A stretch of DNA of 64,000 nt from Okamejei kenojei (Eukaryota), in assembly GCA_035221665.1 (NCBI GenBank), contig CM069138.1, forward strand, positions 66,650,001-66,714,000, written 5' to 3'. A program made the translations under genes and the position numbers. This document shows positions 51,386 to 64,000 of this stretch, one piece after another (the first letter of the stretch is position 1; the number at the start of each line of letters is the position of its first letter). The notes beneath the pieces were generated by a model. The model was given only the letters and a program-made list of their open reading frames with translations, was not told the DNA's origin and did no database searches.

Positions 51386-54300
51386 CTGAAAAATGAAAAA
51401 TAGACATCAATCAGCAGATGCAATTTTGATTGAAACCAACATGTTTAAAACAAAAAAAATAGTGATTAAATTGTATGCTGATTTAAAAATAATTATTTAG
51501 TAATGAGCTAGCATTCTAGACACATTGCTCAGCAAAATCAGACTGTCAGCTTCTTGTGAACAGCATTTAATGTCTGTCCTACATTGAAGGAATGGTATAA
51601 TTATAATATAAGGAGCGGGGAATGCAAGTGATGCCAATAGGTATGCCTTAGAGATATGTACTTAGAAATGGCACTGTTCCCGTTTAGGTGCATTGACGAG
51701 CATTATACTAAATATAGCAATCATGAAAAATGCAAGTTTTACACAAAGGCCTATCCTTTGCACTTGTGGAGCACATAAAATAAATCCATTAAGCCTAGTT
51801 GTGTAGAGTGAACGGAAGAGAGGGCCAGGAATTTGGGTTGACGATTCCCTTTCAAGAATCCGTGCAGTGTAGATCAGTTACCAATGATTGGATACAGGAC
51901 AGAAGATTGAACAATAAGGAAACAAATTGTGGTTAAGTGAGAATGATTAAGACACAGGCTGCTCACCAGACACCTGTGGAGGAAGGGGATTAGGGATGGG
52001 AATCAAGTGTTGGAGACCTTAGGAGAGGGAGGGGTGGGCCTCTCCAAAGGTCTCTCAATGTCAGCGGATTGGCAATTAAAGGAGTTGAATTGGGCAGCAG
52101 ATCAGTTGAGAGACTGGGCAGGTTAGAGTCACAAGTTGGGTGGTGAAACGTGCAACCATGTCAATGGAGAGGGAACCGTGAGAAAATTATGCAAGTTTAT
52201 CGGTTAGGAACCTGTCTAATTAAGTTCCCATTCCAGATCCTATAACTAGAATCTAATCAGTAGATCCCCTGAAAGCATGAACAGAGAAGGCCTATCTTCT
52301 GTACAAGTGGTTCTTACATCCACAGGCCATATGTGTGTTGATGAAAAGCTTAGAGTGGTACCCAGGCTGCACAATGTGCTGCTGGATGCCATTGTGCATA
52401 TCAGTTAGTCAAAGCACTCGGAGAGAAAATTACAGACTTCAGAGAATTTCCATTAAATTTATGATTTTACTTTATAAATTACTTTTCATTGATATTAAAT
52501 CATGTAGCACAGAAAAAAAATGGTAATGCACAATATAATTTCTAGATAATGATCCGCACCACCAGCGGAAAAACGAATTGTCTTTCAAGTTAATGTTTTC
52601 AAAGGAAGCTATTCATATCAACTCTTAACTGGTGAGACATATTGGGCTTATTTCCTGAGATAACATAGGAACTTCCCCAAGCACATTCTGAAAATAATAC
52701 CAGATTGTCGGGATATATAACGCTCCTTGAACTGGAATTTAGGATGTACTGGAAACAGAAAGAGCACAAACATTACAGTCCCACATTCCAAACAAAATCC
52801 TGCAATATGTCCTGAAATCACCTCCTCTTTCTATTCCTAAATTAAAAGTAGAAGCTCAACTGTGTTAATGCCCTTAGTACTTCATCTATTCATCACCTAT
52901 ACTGTAAGTTCAAATCATGAGTTACAGAATTTCTGATTTTTTAGCATCCTGCCATACGTTAGATCTATGACAGGTAAAGGGAAACCATAGATTAAGAATT
53001 ATCCCTGATTTAGGGATTTAAGAAGAAAATGCTCAGTGTTTACTTACCTCTGCTCTCACATTAATAGGACTTTAGGTATTTTTTAGATTCTTACCCTGAA
53101 CTTGCACTCTCTTACCTCTGACCACGCCAACTTATTGGCAGCTGAGATGAGCCTGTGATCCATTTATCTTCAGAAAGTATGTGTTCATTTTGCAGCATTA
53201 TGTCTGATTGCTATAAATATGGAGGTTATGCAATTTTTAATTGCTATTTAATTTTTTGTTTTTGTTGTTAAATTAAAAGACAGCTTACGCCCAAAGGACT
53301 GAATGGCACTGCGATGTCATAACTAATTAAGAATTCAATTATGCCATTCCTGAGGGAGGTCCAGGAATTTGACCAAATAACAATGAAGATGGTATCAGAT
53401 ATTCTAATTATTGTTTGCCTGGCAAGTTTATCTCATCTACAACAAATAGCTGTGTTTTTTATGCTGCAATAAAATAAAATAGCAGAATATTGTACAATGA
53501 AAATAGATTGATCTGCCATGCCTAGCAGCCTGCTCATTCTGGCAGATTAAAAAAAGCATTGTTAATCCCTCTTTGGTAGGAAATTCCAGGATTATTCCTA
53601 AGAACAATGAAGAAACTGCAATGTCTGGAGGAATTTCGAGACAACAATGTTCCCGCACCTCTGGACCTTTTCTGCAAAGGGTGCAACTTTGAAAAGTGTT
53701 GTTGAAGAAGTTGCTGCAGTTATCCTGTGGATGTCATATTTTGCAAGCTCTATGCATAGCTTGTGAAGGGAGTTTTTGGTGGATGAAAGTGTGCCAGTCA
53801 GGCCGTAGGTTTTGTCCTGGATATGGATGAGTTTTCTGAGGATTATTGGAATAGCACACAATTACACAAGAAGCTAATATTACGTGCCTTATGTATGGTG
53901 AAATGGCTTTAGGGAAAGACAGCTTCTAATCTGTTCTTGCAGTCATATTATTTGAAATGAGCCTGTTTAAGTTCCAAATCACTGTGACCCAATGTTGGTG
54001 CAGAATTGATTGCCTCTTTATAAATATAGTCATTACCTAGCTATTGTGTGACATGAATGCTACTGGCTCTTTATTTGCCTAACACTGATTTGGTAACTTT
54101 CTTATCATCTTTCTTATCTCAGAGAAGATGGTAAGAAATCTTCTTGGTTTCTTGAAGCAAAGTGTGTACTTAGACTCTAATGAGGCCAAAGCTGAGTTGT
54201 CCTTGTGAAACCAAAACAAAGCCTGGTGAGGACTTTATTGGAAAGTGCCAATTGAAGGCAATATTGACAGCCCCTTACATCATTTTGCTGATGATTGTGA

Positions 54301-54429
54301 GCTCGGTTCTGCAGTGTTAATTGGCTGATTTTAGTTTGTCCATTTTGTAGACAGACTGGGCGGACAACAATGTTGTAATTGTACCAGAACAGTGTGACAT
54401 AATAAATTCTGAATCTAATAGATGTTGCC

Positions 54430-54810
54430 ACACCTATGTTGCCCTAAAACATTTCTTGACATCAAACTAGATGAAGACTGGTTGGTTTCTATGATGGCAG
54501 GGCTCTCAGGAGGAGGCCACGATGGATCATCCAATTGGCATATCTAGCTGAAGATGGCTGCAAATACTTCAGCTATGTCTTTTAAACTCACATGCTGGGT
54601 TCTGCCATCGTTGAGGATCAGGATGTCCATGGAGCCTCCTCCTCCGACTGGTGGCTTAACTGCCCTTCACCATTCATGACTGGATATGGCGCAACTGTAG
54701 AGCTTTAATCTGATCCATTGGTGTGGAATTTTAGTTCTCTCTATAACATGCTGTCTCCGTTGTTTGTCATGCATGTAGCACTGTGTTGTAGGTTCACCTG
54801 GTTGGCACAG
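54430..54810 (-). mobile_element. Old LINE ORF2 fragment (CR1/L2 group)
   Basis: Minus frame reads GGGGSMDILILNDG...AEVFAAIFS, a LINE linker-type motif. Confidence 0.5.
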
Positions 54811-55190
54811 TAAAAGTTGGTAAATTTATTATATTTTGTCTCCGTAATTTTCTAGTATTTAGCTTTTTGGAGGAAGCAAAAACATGGAAGAAAGGGTTTT
54901 TTTAAACTGCATTCATTCATTTGCCTCCTTTTCTGGTCTCTGATTTCCATAGCTATTGCTCATTGACCTTTTTTGATAGGTTAGCTTTTTGAAATTGTTC
55001 ATTGGTAGTCGTCATGTTTCCTTTGTTAAATGTTGATTGCGAAGTTTTGTACCTATTTTAATCTGATTTATCATTGTTTAAGATGAACGTGAATGTTTCA
55101 TTACATTTGTTAAAGTAACCTTAATGAGTCAATGAAGTGAGCAAATTAAGTCTGGGCAGCATCAAATTTTAGGCATATTATGAGGGTTAA

Positions 55191-55667
55191 GGGCTTGTCC
55201 CACCAGCATGCAACTGCATGCGGCGAGCGCGACCTAACGTGGTCGCTTGAGCCGTATGGCCTCGCGGGGCCGGTCCCACTTGGATCGCCGGAGCCGTATG
55301 GAGTTGTGCGGGGCTGGTCCCGACATCACGCGGGGCTCCGAAAAACTGACACTGTTCAAAATCCCACGCGACAACGGCCGACAGGCCCGCAGCCGCATTG
55401 AGGCCGTACGCAACGTCGCAACGTCGTACGCAGCGCCATGACCCTTGACTCTTGACGGCGTATGCCTAGCGCGTGGCGTTGCGCGATGACGTCACTCAGC
55501 CCGCCTCCTGTCCAGCTGATTGGTGAGTATGATGTCGGGACCAGCTCCATACAGCTCCATACGGCTCCGCGGTTCAAAGTGGAACCGGCCCTGTGAGGCC
55601 CTACAGCTCAAGCCACCAGGTTTGGTCGCGCTCGCCGCATGCAGTTGCATGTTGGTGGGACAGGCCC
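55191..55667. mobile_element. Palindromic MITE with related termini, in a BICRAL intron
   Basis: ~44-bp TIRs GGGCTTGTCCCACC.../...GGTGGGACAGGCCC. Flanks are TTAA and TTTA. Confidence 0.82.
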
Positions 55668-57194
55668 TTTATTCTTTTTCATAATACTCTTCAGACAGTT
55701 TTTCACATGGTGAACATATGTTTCTGAATAATCTCTGCTCATGCTATTTTTTATCAGTGGAACTCTCCCACTTATAAAGCCAATAATCATCATCCTTCAT
55801 CTCCTGAGACAAAGCATATTTGCCTGAACTGAAAACAATACAAATTCTGTTTGTTGTGCTAAATTATATTTTGATGTCCACAGTAACTCAGTGGTAGTTG
55901 GGATGACTATTCATTTAAAAAAAATAGGAAAACTGGTGTTGGTTTACAGTATCATCTTTTGGATGGGATAATACAATTATGAAGGAAAAAAAAGATAATT
56001 GCCCAATTTAAAAAGCTTTATCCCGGCCAACATTTAATCCTTAATTGGCATCATTTAAACATTGAACATTAATTATTGTTATTTTTACCTACCACATTAC
56101 TGTTAAAACACAAAGTATTTAAACACCAGGATCAGCGCTCAAACAAGAAAACCAAGGCCAATGCCAAAGTAGTGTCTAAACTGCTTATACACACTTATGT
56201 TATAGGACAATATCTAAATCCATATTCTGTAATAACCTATCTGCTTGTAAACAAACACACGAGCAAGGTGTTCAACCAATAAACACAATCCCAATGCCAC
56301 GTTAGAATCTAAGATGCCTTTACACGGTTAAACTATTAATGAATCTTACCCTACAAAAAAGTTAGCTTTTGTTTATTCTTTGATTTTGAGAACCACTCCA
56401 TAACTTATGGTCTATTTTTCCATTAATGACGTCAAAGGAAAATGTCATTTTTGTATATACATATCAATTATTAAATCTAGTTTGGATGAGGCAGTGAATT
56501 TGTACAGCAGTTTATGTTTTAAATTTTAAACAAGGAGATTTCATGCTCAAGAAAAAAAGACCATTTAATAAGGAAACAACATCATGCTCCAAGATCATTG
56601 TCTGGTCAATATATGTACATTTAAAATTCATCTGCTGCTCTCAAAGCTATTAATTCTTCAATATAATTTATCAAGTGAGGTTGTTGGATGTAACCCAAAC
56701 ATGTAATCCTAACCATTTAGCCTTTATCTCCACAAGGATCAGTTTGCTGTCAAATACTAGGTAATCGACTGAAGGCACCAAAGTATTTCAAGGATAATTG
56801 AATGTTTGGTCTGATAGAATAAAATTTCCATCTATAATCAAAGAACTACTGTACAAGTTTTTGAAGAAACACCCTTCAAGAATTAGGGACATGTTTGGCA
56901 AATGAGATAACTCTGTTCCTGCTATGCTAAATTACAAAAACTTAAACCTATAATGCAGATAGATGCAGATAGAATAGCATCATAATGTGCTTCACAGAGG
57001 TGAACAGACAAAGAAGGAAGTATCAGTTGAACAAAATTATGACAAATAAGCAAGCATCCTAATAAATGGACAAATATAAAAATAAGAAAAACTAGTGAGC
57101 AGAATATTTTAAAACAGATTAATTCACATATACAGTAGTCTTTTGAATACCAGTCATTTACCTAAAATATTAATTCTTGAATATCAGTACTTAC

Positions 57195-57266
57195 AATGGC
57201 ATCAGCAAAGAGTGAATGGGAGTTATCAATTGTGCAGGCTGAACCAAGCAAATAATCCTCGTCTAC
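57195..57266 (-). CDS. BICRAL: BICRAL coding exon, most 5' one found (VDEDYLLGSACTIDNSHSLFADAI)
   Basis: Acceptor tttttatag|GTA and donor ATT|gtaagt. 72 nt, phase 0/0, in frame with the next exon. Resembles the vertebrate BICRAL N-terminal segment. Confidence 0.75.
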
Positions 57267-58459
57267 CTATAAAAATCAAAACAATCAAAGATTGAATTAC
57301 ATTAATAAAGCATTTTTAATATAATATGAAATGCTAATGTTGTTTACAAGCAATGTTTTCATGCATTATTTGAAAACAAGTCATAAAAATATTGGGAAAA
57401 ATGACTAAAAGTTTTATCAGCTCAATCTTGGACGCAGCCCACACCTTACCATAGTGAAAAACTACCGAAAAAAACTGAGTAACCTACAAATATCAACAAA
57501 TGTCCCTCTTTCTGATTTTATGATTATTCATCAGCCAGCTTAGGTTGGGGCAAAGACATTTACATCAATGTCCTGGGGCTGATCAAGTAGGTTTTATAAA
57601 GTGTCTTCAAGAAGAATGGATAGCAATCGGAGAGTTTAGAAGTGAATTTCAGAGATTGGAATCCTGCCACTGAAGCAGATAGTACCCACAGATGTATCAT
57701 GGTGGACAGAGGGCGTAGAGGGCACAACTGGTTGTTGTGAGACTTAGAAGAGTTTTTTTTTATATAACTTTGTTTTTGGTTTTCAAGTTATAAACACAAA
57801 TTTAATCAGAACACCAACAAATAGTACAGAACAGTACAAAACATAAACCTCCCCATCCCCAAGGCTCAAAAAAGAGAAAAAGAGAAAAAAAATAATAATA
57901 ATAACTTTTTTTTTGAAGGCAGTGTCTTTGTGTTCAAATGTTACATGTTAACAGCAACATACAAATATATAGATAAATGATTACGACTGTGTAGACAATA
58001 TATTCAGTTAAAGGAAAATTTTTTAAATAAAATCTATAAAAGGATTCCAGGTCAGAGCGAAGTTTCGGCGGGCCTTGCACCATTTATACCTTATCTATTC
58101 CAAGGGTAAAAAGGAGAGCATCTCTTTTAATCACTGCAAAAAAGATGGAGCTGTTTTTGACTTCCAGTTGAAAAGAATAAGCCTGCAAGCAAGCAATGAT
58201 GCAAATGCTTAAGTATTTGTAAATTTGTGAGCTTACAGTTTGGGGGTGGTATACCAAAGATAGCTGTGTGCAAGTCAGAATTTATAGTCTGTCTGCAGAT
58301 ATGCGAGAATACCTCAATTATGTTTCCCCAGTAGCTGTTGAGAGAGGGACATGTCCAAAACATGTGTCCTACAGAGGCTGGGCTATGGCCACATCTCGGG
58401 CAGCCAGGATCTGTGGTAGAAAAGATTCTGGCAAGTTTGTCTCTTGAATAGACAAGAGA

Positions 58460-59045
58460 CAAGAATAGACTCAGAGCTCCCCGTGGATTTTGAAGGAACA
58501 GGAACAAAGAGAAGCAGGAAAAAGCACTAATTGGCTCTAGCCCGAGTGGGAGGAGAGTTAAAAGTGAGTCAGAGGGGGAAAACTGTTGAAAACTGAGGAA
58601 TTTGGTTTGTAAATTGGTAAATTAGGCAATTTATCAGTCAATATAAGCAGGATGGGTCTTAGGGAGCGGCAGTGAGGGAAGTGCCCTGTGAGAAAAGTGT
58701 GAGTCATGGCTTGAGAGTCTTCGGCGAGGAGGCTGAGGGGAGCAGGATACGCAAAACTCTGGCGATGTCAAGCAAGCTGATTCAGTGTGATGCTTGCAGT
58801 ATGTGGCAGGACAAGGACAACACTGCTGGTGCCTCTGGCTGCGTCAAATGTGAGAAGTGCATCCAGGTACAGCTCCTGATGGACTGTGTTGGGGAACTGG
58901 AGAAGCAAGTGGATGATCTCAGGTTCGTCCAAAAAACTGAGTCGTTCCTTGACAGGTCCCACAGTAAGGTTGTTACACCTAAGGTACTGGAAGAGAGAAG
59001 GTGGGTGATGGTGAGACAGGGAGGGAAATGTAGAGGATGTAAAAA
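58460..59045 (+). mobile_element. CR1 5'/ORF1 fragment inside the L1
   Basis: QCDACSMW...CEKC..VQLL...ELEKQVDDLR, the zinc-finger plus leucine-zipper pattern of CR1 ORF1. Confidence 0.7.
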
Positions 59046-59493
59046 ATTAATATTTTGCCACTGGAAAAAGCCTGCTGGTACCTTTTAGTCGAAAATGTTT
59101 CCTGAACTGTAGCTGTATTTTAAGCGAGGTTTTAACCACCGGGTTTGTCATTTGTACTTTATGATTATAAAGTAGTGAGCAGGTGATTATAGGTAGAGGA
59201 TCAGATGGTATGGGTGACTTTAATTCCCAGGTAAGTAAATACATTTTTCTCAAGTTTAAATCGGAAACTGGAGTAGTTGCTGTCATTGTGATTGATTGGG
59301 AAAAGCAAGCTCTTTGAGTAATTTATCTTATAACCTAACAGGTGGCCAAAATTCTCGAATATATGCAGTAACTTTGGTATGGAGTCAGTTGGGTTGGATA
59401 TATATACCAGCAGGTCATCCGCGTACAGTGATACTTTGTGAGATTTACCACTTCGAAAGATACCTCTGATACCATCTTCTGTCCTAAGAGCTA

Positions 59494-61059
59494 CTGTGGC
59501 TTGCTAAAGTTTTCATACCACTTGAACTTTTCCACATTTTGTCATGTTACAACCACAAATGTAAATGTATTTTATTGGGATTTTATGTGATAGACCAACA
59601 CAAAGTGGTGCATAATTGTGAAGTGGAAGGAAAATGAGACATGGTTTCCAAATTTTATTACAAATAAAAAACTGAAAAGTGTGGTGTGCAAAAGTATTCA
59701 GCCCCCCTGAGTCAATACTTTGTAGAACCACCTTTCGCTGCAATTACAGCTGCAAGTCTTTTAGGGTATGTCTCTACCAGCTTTGCACATCTAGAGACTG
59801 AAATTTTTTGCCCATTCTTCTTTGCAAAATAGTCAGATTGGATGGAGAGCGTCTGTGAACAGCAATTTTCAAGTCTTGCCAGAGATTCTCAATTGGAAGT
59901 AGATTTGGACTTTGACTGGGTCATTCTAACACATACAGCTCTGGCTGTATGTTTAGGGTCGTTGTCCTGCTGGAAGATGAACCTCTGCCCCAGTCTCAAG
60001 TCTTTTGCAGACTCTAACAGGTTTTCTTCCATGATTGCCCTGTATTTGGCTCCATCCATCTTCCCATCAACTCTGACCAGCTTCCCTGTCCCTGCTGAAG
60101 AAAAGCATCCCCACAGCATGATGCTGCCACCACCATGTTTCACAGTGGGGATGGTGTGTTCAGGGTGATGTGCAGTGTTAGTTTCCCGCCACACATAGCG
60201 TTTTGCATTTAGGCCAAAAACTTCAATTTTGGTCTCATCAGACCAGAGCACCTTCCTCCACATGTTTGCTGTGTCCCCCACATGGCTTGTGGCAAACTGC
60301 AAACGGGACCTCTTATGGCTTTGTTTCAACAATGGCTTTCTTCTTGCCACTCTTCCATAAAGATCTGATTTGTGGAGTGCACGACTAATAGTTGTCCTGT
60401 GGACAGATTCTCCCACCTGAGCTGTGGATCTCTGCAGCTCCTCCAGAGTTACCATGGGCCTCTTGGCTGCTTCTCTGATCAATGCTCTCCTTGCCCAGCC
60501 TGTCAGTTTAGGTGGACGTCCATGTCTTGGTAGGTTTGCAGTTGTGCCATACTCTTTCCATTTTCGGATGATGGATTGAACAGTGCTCCGTGAGATGTTA
60601 AAAGCTTGGGATTTTTTTTATAACCTAACCCTCCTTTAAACTTCTCCATAACTTTATCCCTGACCTATCTGGTGTGTTCCTTGGGCTTTATGATGCTGTT
60701 TGTTCACTAATGTTCTTAACAAACCTCTGAGGCCTTCACAGAACAGCTGTATTTATACTGAGATTAGATTACACACAAGTGGACTCTATTTACTAATTAG
60801 GTGACTTCTAAAGGCAATTGGTTGCACTGGATTTTATGTAGGGGCATCAGAGGAAAGGTTTTGCACGCCACACTTTTCAGTTTTTTATTTGTAAAAAAAA
60901 ATTGAAAACCATGTATCATTTTCCTTCGACTTCACAATTATGCGCCACTTTGTGTTTGTCTATCACATAAATTCCCAATAAAATACATTTATGTTTATGG
61001 TTGTAACGTGACAAAATGTGGAAAAGTTCAAGGGGTATGAAAACTTTCGCAAGCCACTG
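59494..61059 (-). mobile_element. Tc1/mariner transposon, Passport-like IR/DR type, defective
   Basis: ~200-bp inverted repeats ending CAGTGG/CCACTG, with TA on both sides (59492-3 and 61060-1). Confidence 0.93.
59712..60691 (-). pseudogene. Tc1 transposase pseudogene
   Basis: VLWSDETKIE, TVKHGGGSIMLWGCF, FQQDNDPKH, AAKGGSTKY*. Start codon is ATA, there is an early TAG, and a deletion precedes WPSQSPDLN. Confidence 0.9.
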
Positions 61060-63649
61060 TATAGCAAGTGGTTCTATTGCCAAATCAAATATGTAGGGAG
61101 AAAGGCTGCAGCCCTGTCTGCAGCCCCTACAGAGCGGGAAGTTGTCAAAGATTATATTGTTGGTCCGCACAGCTGCCGTTGGCGCAAAATATAATATTTT
61201 AATCCATGATAAAAATGATAGACCAAAATCAAATCTTTTGAGAACAGCAAACAAATATTGCCATTCGACACGGTCGAATGCCTTCTCGGCGTCTAAAGAA
61301 ATAATTACTTCCGATTGTTCCGTGGTGTGAGGTGTATACAATACGTTAAGTAGGTGCCGCATGTTATAGAACGACTGCCTGCCCGGTATAAATCCAGTTT
61401 GGTCAGGGTTAATAATTTTGGAGACTACTGTTTCAAGATGGGTGGCTAAAATTTTAGTGAAGATTTTATAATCGCAATTCAAGCTTACAGGGCGGTATGA
61501 GCCACACAATAGTGGGTCTTTATCTTTAGTAGGACTGATATGGTTTCCTGCGACATTGTTTGAGGTAGTTTCTGTTGGCTGAACATTTCCTGATACAATA
61601 ATTTAAATGTTGGAGCCAGTTTGATTGCAAATTCTTTGTATATTTCAATTGGGAAATCATCTGGTCCTGGAGCTTTGTTGCTCTGCATCGATTTAATTGC
61701 TTGTAATATTTATTCGGTTGATATTTCCCTGTCAATTTGTGCTTGGTCCTCTGGTAATTTCTGGGATGTACAGGCTGTCTAAGAAGGCAGGAATACATAG
61801 ATCACTGGGTGGTTCTGAAGCAAAGAGGGAAAAATAAAACTGCTTAAACTGATCATTGGCATCTGGATCAGTCTTTACCCCCGGTGATGTTAAAATTTCA
61901 GGAATAGTACTGGTGGCTGTGGACTGTCTGATCTGGTGAGCTAAACGTTTTCCTGCCTTTTCTCCGTGTTCATAAAAAATCTGCTTTGATTTGAGAATTA
62001 GTTGCTCTGTTTGTCTGGTGGATAAATTGTCAAATTCTGTCTTAAGTAATAATTTCTCCTTGTAAAGTTCAGGTGTTGGCGAATTGGCATACAAACTGTC
62101 TATTTCCACTATACTGTGGGACAGTTCTGTCAGGCGTTGTTTATATTTCTTCTCTCATATGCTGTATATGAGATTATCTGGGCTCGAAGGTATGTTTTAA
62201 GAGCCTCCCAGATATTCGCTGTGCATGTCCGGAGTATTATTAATTACCATAAAGGTGCCTATTTGTTGAGAAAGAAATCTTTTGATTTCACCCAGACTCC
62301 CTAGATAGCAACAGAGTATCAAACCGGCAAGTGCGTCGAGGTCTAGGAAGCCTATATCTAGTTGCACAGGGCTGTGGTCAGAAATAACAATACTGTTATA
62401 CTGGCTCCCCTTAACCATGGAAAGGATCCTACTATCTTCAAGAAAAAAATAAATTATTGAGTAAGAATGGTGTACTGGGGGGAAAAAGGGATTATTTCTT
62501 CTCCAGGGGTCAAAGAGTATAGGATTCTCTAAGAGTTTTTAATGAGTTGGACAACAGAGAAATAATTTCCTTTGTGCACACATAACAGCTAGAATTCAGT
62601 AATTTAGTTACTTTGGGATAAATGTTTATCAATGAAAACCAGAAGATAGCTATGCTTTTCTTCTTTAAGCTTTTGATAAATTACCTGCCAATCACTGTAC
62701 AGGCGCACCACTCCACCAACTGGAGACCAGGGCAGGAATCAAAAGTCACGAAAGTGATATTCCTCATTCAAGATTCAGCGCTTTTTGTGGGAATGGATGA
62801 ACTATAGGGACATGTTATCAACACTTTTTCTATAAAAGAATCATGCAAGCTCTCTAAATACATGCTGGTGACCACAGGAAAGTTTTTGAGAAATTCAAAG
62901 CACCACAAATGCAGTCTATTACTACTGAAACCACTTGGAAAACCACCGGAAATATTAATACCCACAGTCTAATGGCCCCTGGTCAAGCAAAATAAGACAA
63001 AGTCCCTTTTCTTTGAACAGAAAGCATCATGATGTCAAAAAATGTGCATAGTATAGTATACTGGCATACCTGGCATAAATCAGCTGTCAGCACCTGGAAT
63101 AATCCAGAAATTCCCAATGATAGTAATCATGATTTAAACAGGCACAGATACGTGGCTGGAGCTCAGACTACAGACATCAATGGTATCCTCACCACTGACT
63201 TAGATGACCTTGGCTTCCTGACACATTTCTCTTGAGAGCTGGAAATAGGACTGCGGCTCCCAGAGCACCCTATGATCTTTGGCTATCTTCTTTATACCAT
63301 CTTCCCTTCCTCACTCAGGATCTATTTATATCTCTGCTTGTTCTGTTACCTCAAGCTCATGCAGCATTTTTAGTAGGGCCATAATAAAAACCCCCATAAG
63401 ACCATAAGACATAAGGCCATTTGGCACATCAAGTCCACTCCGCCATTCAACCATGGCTGATCTATTTTTCCCTCTCAACCCCATTCTCCGGCCTTCTCTC
63501 CATAACCATTGACGGAATTATTAATTAAGAATCTATCAATCTACACTTTTTAATATCCAATGTCCTGGCCTCCAGTCGTCTGTGGCAATGAATTCCAGAG
63601 ATTCACCATCCTTTGACTAAAGAGATTCCTCCTCATCTCCATTCTAAGA

Positions 63650-64000
63650 TATGACAAAGAGATAATGTGGAGAAATGGATCACACAAAAAGGACTATAAA
63701 ACCCCGGATGCCTGGACTTGACTCGGTCACTCTGCAAGATCAAGAGGAAGAGGCCACGACTCTCATTCTAAGCTGTGAATCAACTGAACTGTGAGTCTGC
63801 AATGTACTTGCAATAAATGATTTGTTAGACCTTAATGACAATGCCATGAGTTGTTTGGCCCACTGTCCTGCCTGTGCTTGAAACTGCAATGCTTTATTAG
63901 GTCCGACTGTGTTTGGAAGGAATAAATGCTTCATTACGTCCGACTGTGTTTGGTTCAAAAGTCCCGCTCATTTCGTGACTTCCGCTTAGTGGACAGGTCG
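63650..64000 (+). repeat. Possible LTR fragment
   Basis: TATAAA followed by AATAAA, and a duplicated GTCCGACTGTGTTTGG. Runs off the window end. Confidence 0.35.

Larger units (their letters stand above)
57753..62540 (-). mobile_element. Fragmented L1 LINE ORF2 (pieces ~57753-58460, 59045-59493, 61060-62540)
   Basis: ISDHSPV (endonuclease), KAPGPD, YRPVSL, DAEKAFDRVEW, RQGC.LSP, SLYADD, C-terminal CPRC..HMFWTC. Poly(A) tail at ~57753. Confidence 0.88.

Noticed and set aside
60916-61509. 197-aa ORF as a novel RT fusion protein
   Set aside because: It is L1 RT reading through into the Tc1 inverted repeat at the insertion junction.
62690-63390. Possible upstream BICRAL exons or a pseudogene
   Set aside because: I found no match to the expected MDDDDD..LLD or DPQALN.FLHG N-terminal motifs, and no recognisable protein.
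1-64000. Prokaryotic operons, CRISPR arrays or defence systems
   Set aside because: Low coding density, GT-AG introns and vertebrate retroposons. No regularly spaced repeat-spacer array.

Overview
This is vertebrate genomic DNA, not prokaryotic. The repeat content (V-SINE/HE1, HER1-type CR1, Penelope-like end fragments) points to a cartilaginous fish, probably a skate or ray. The right half holds nine minus-strand coding exons of BICRAL (GLTSCR1L, a GBAF/ncBAF subunit). I assembled them by hand: all introns are GT-AG, phases are consistent, and they total 3738 nt (1245 aa plus stop). I did not find the first coding exons, which are probably beyond the window. The left half is intergenic and dominated by mobile DNA. 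It contains a ~10 kb deleted class-I endogenous retrovirus with a tRNA-Ser primer site, a long leader with a decayed extra ORF, and gag/pol/env remnants. It also contains a 3.5 kb composite hAT element with an 8-bp TSD carrying a young CR1 RT. Elsewhere there are a Passport-like Tc1 nested in an L1, palindromic MITEs, and several degenerate hammerhead-like motifs. Family names come from my recollection of motifs, not from database searches.
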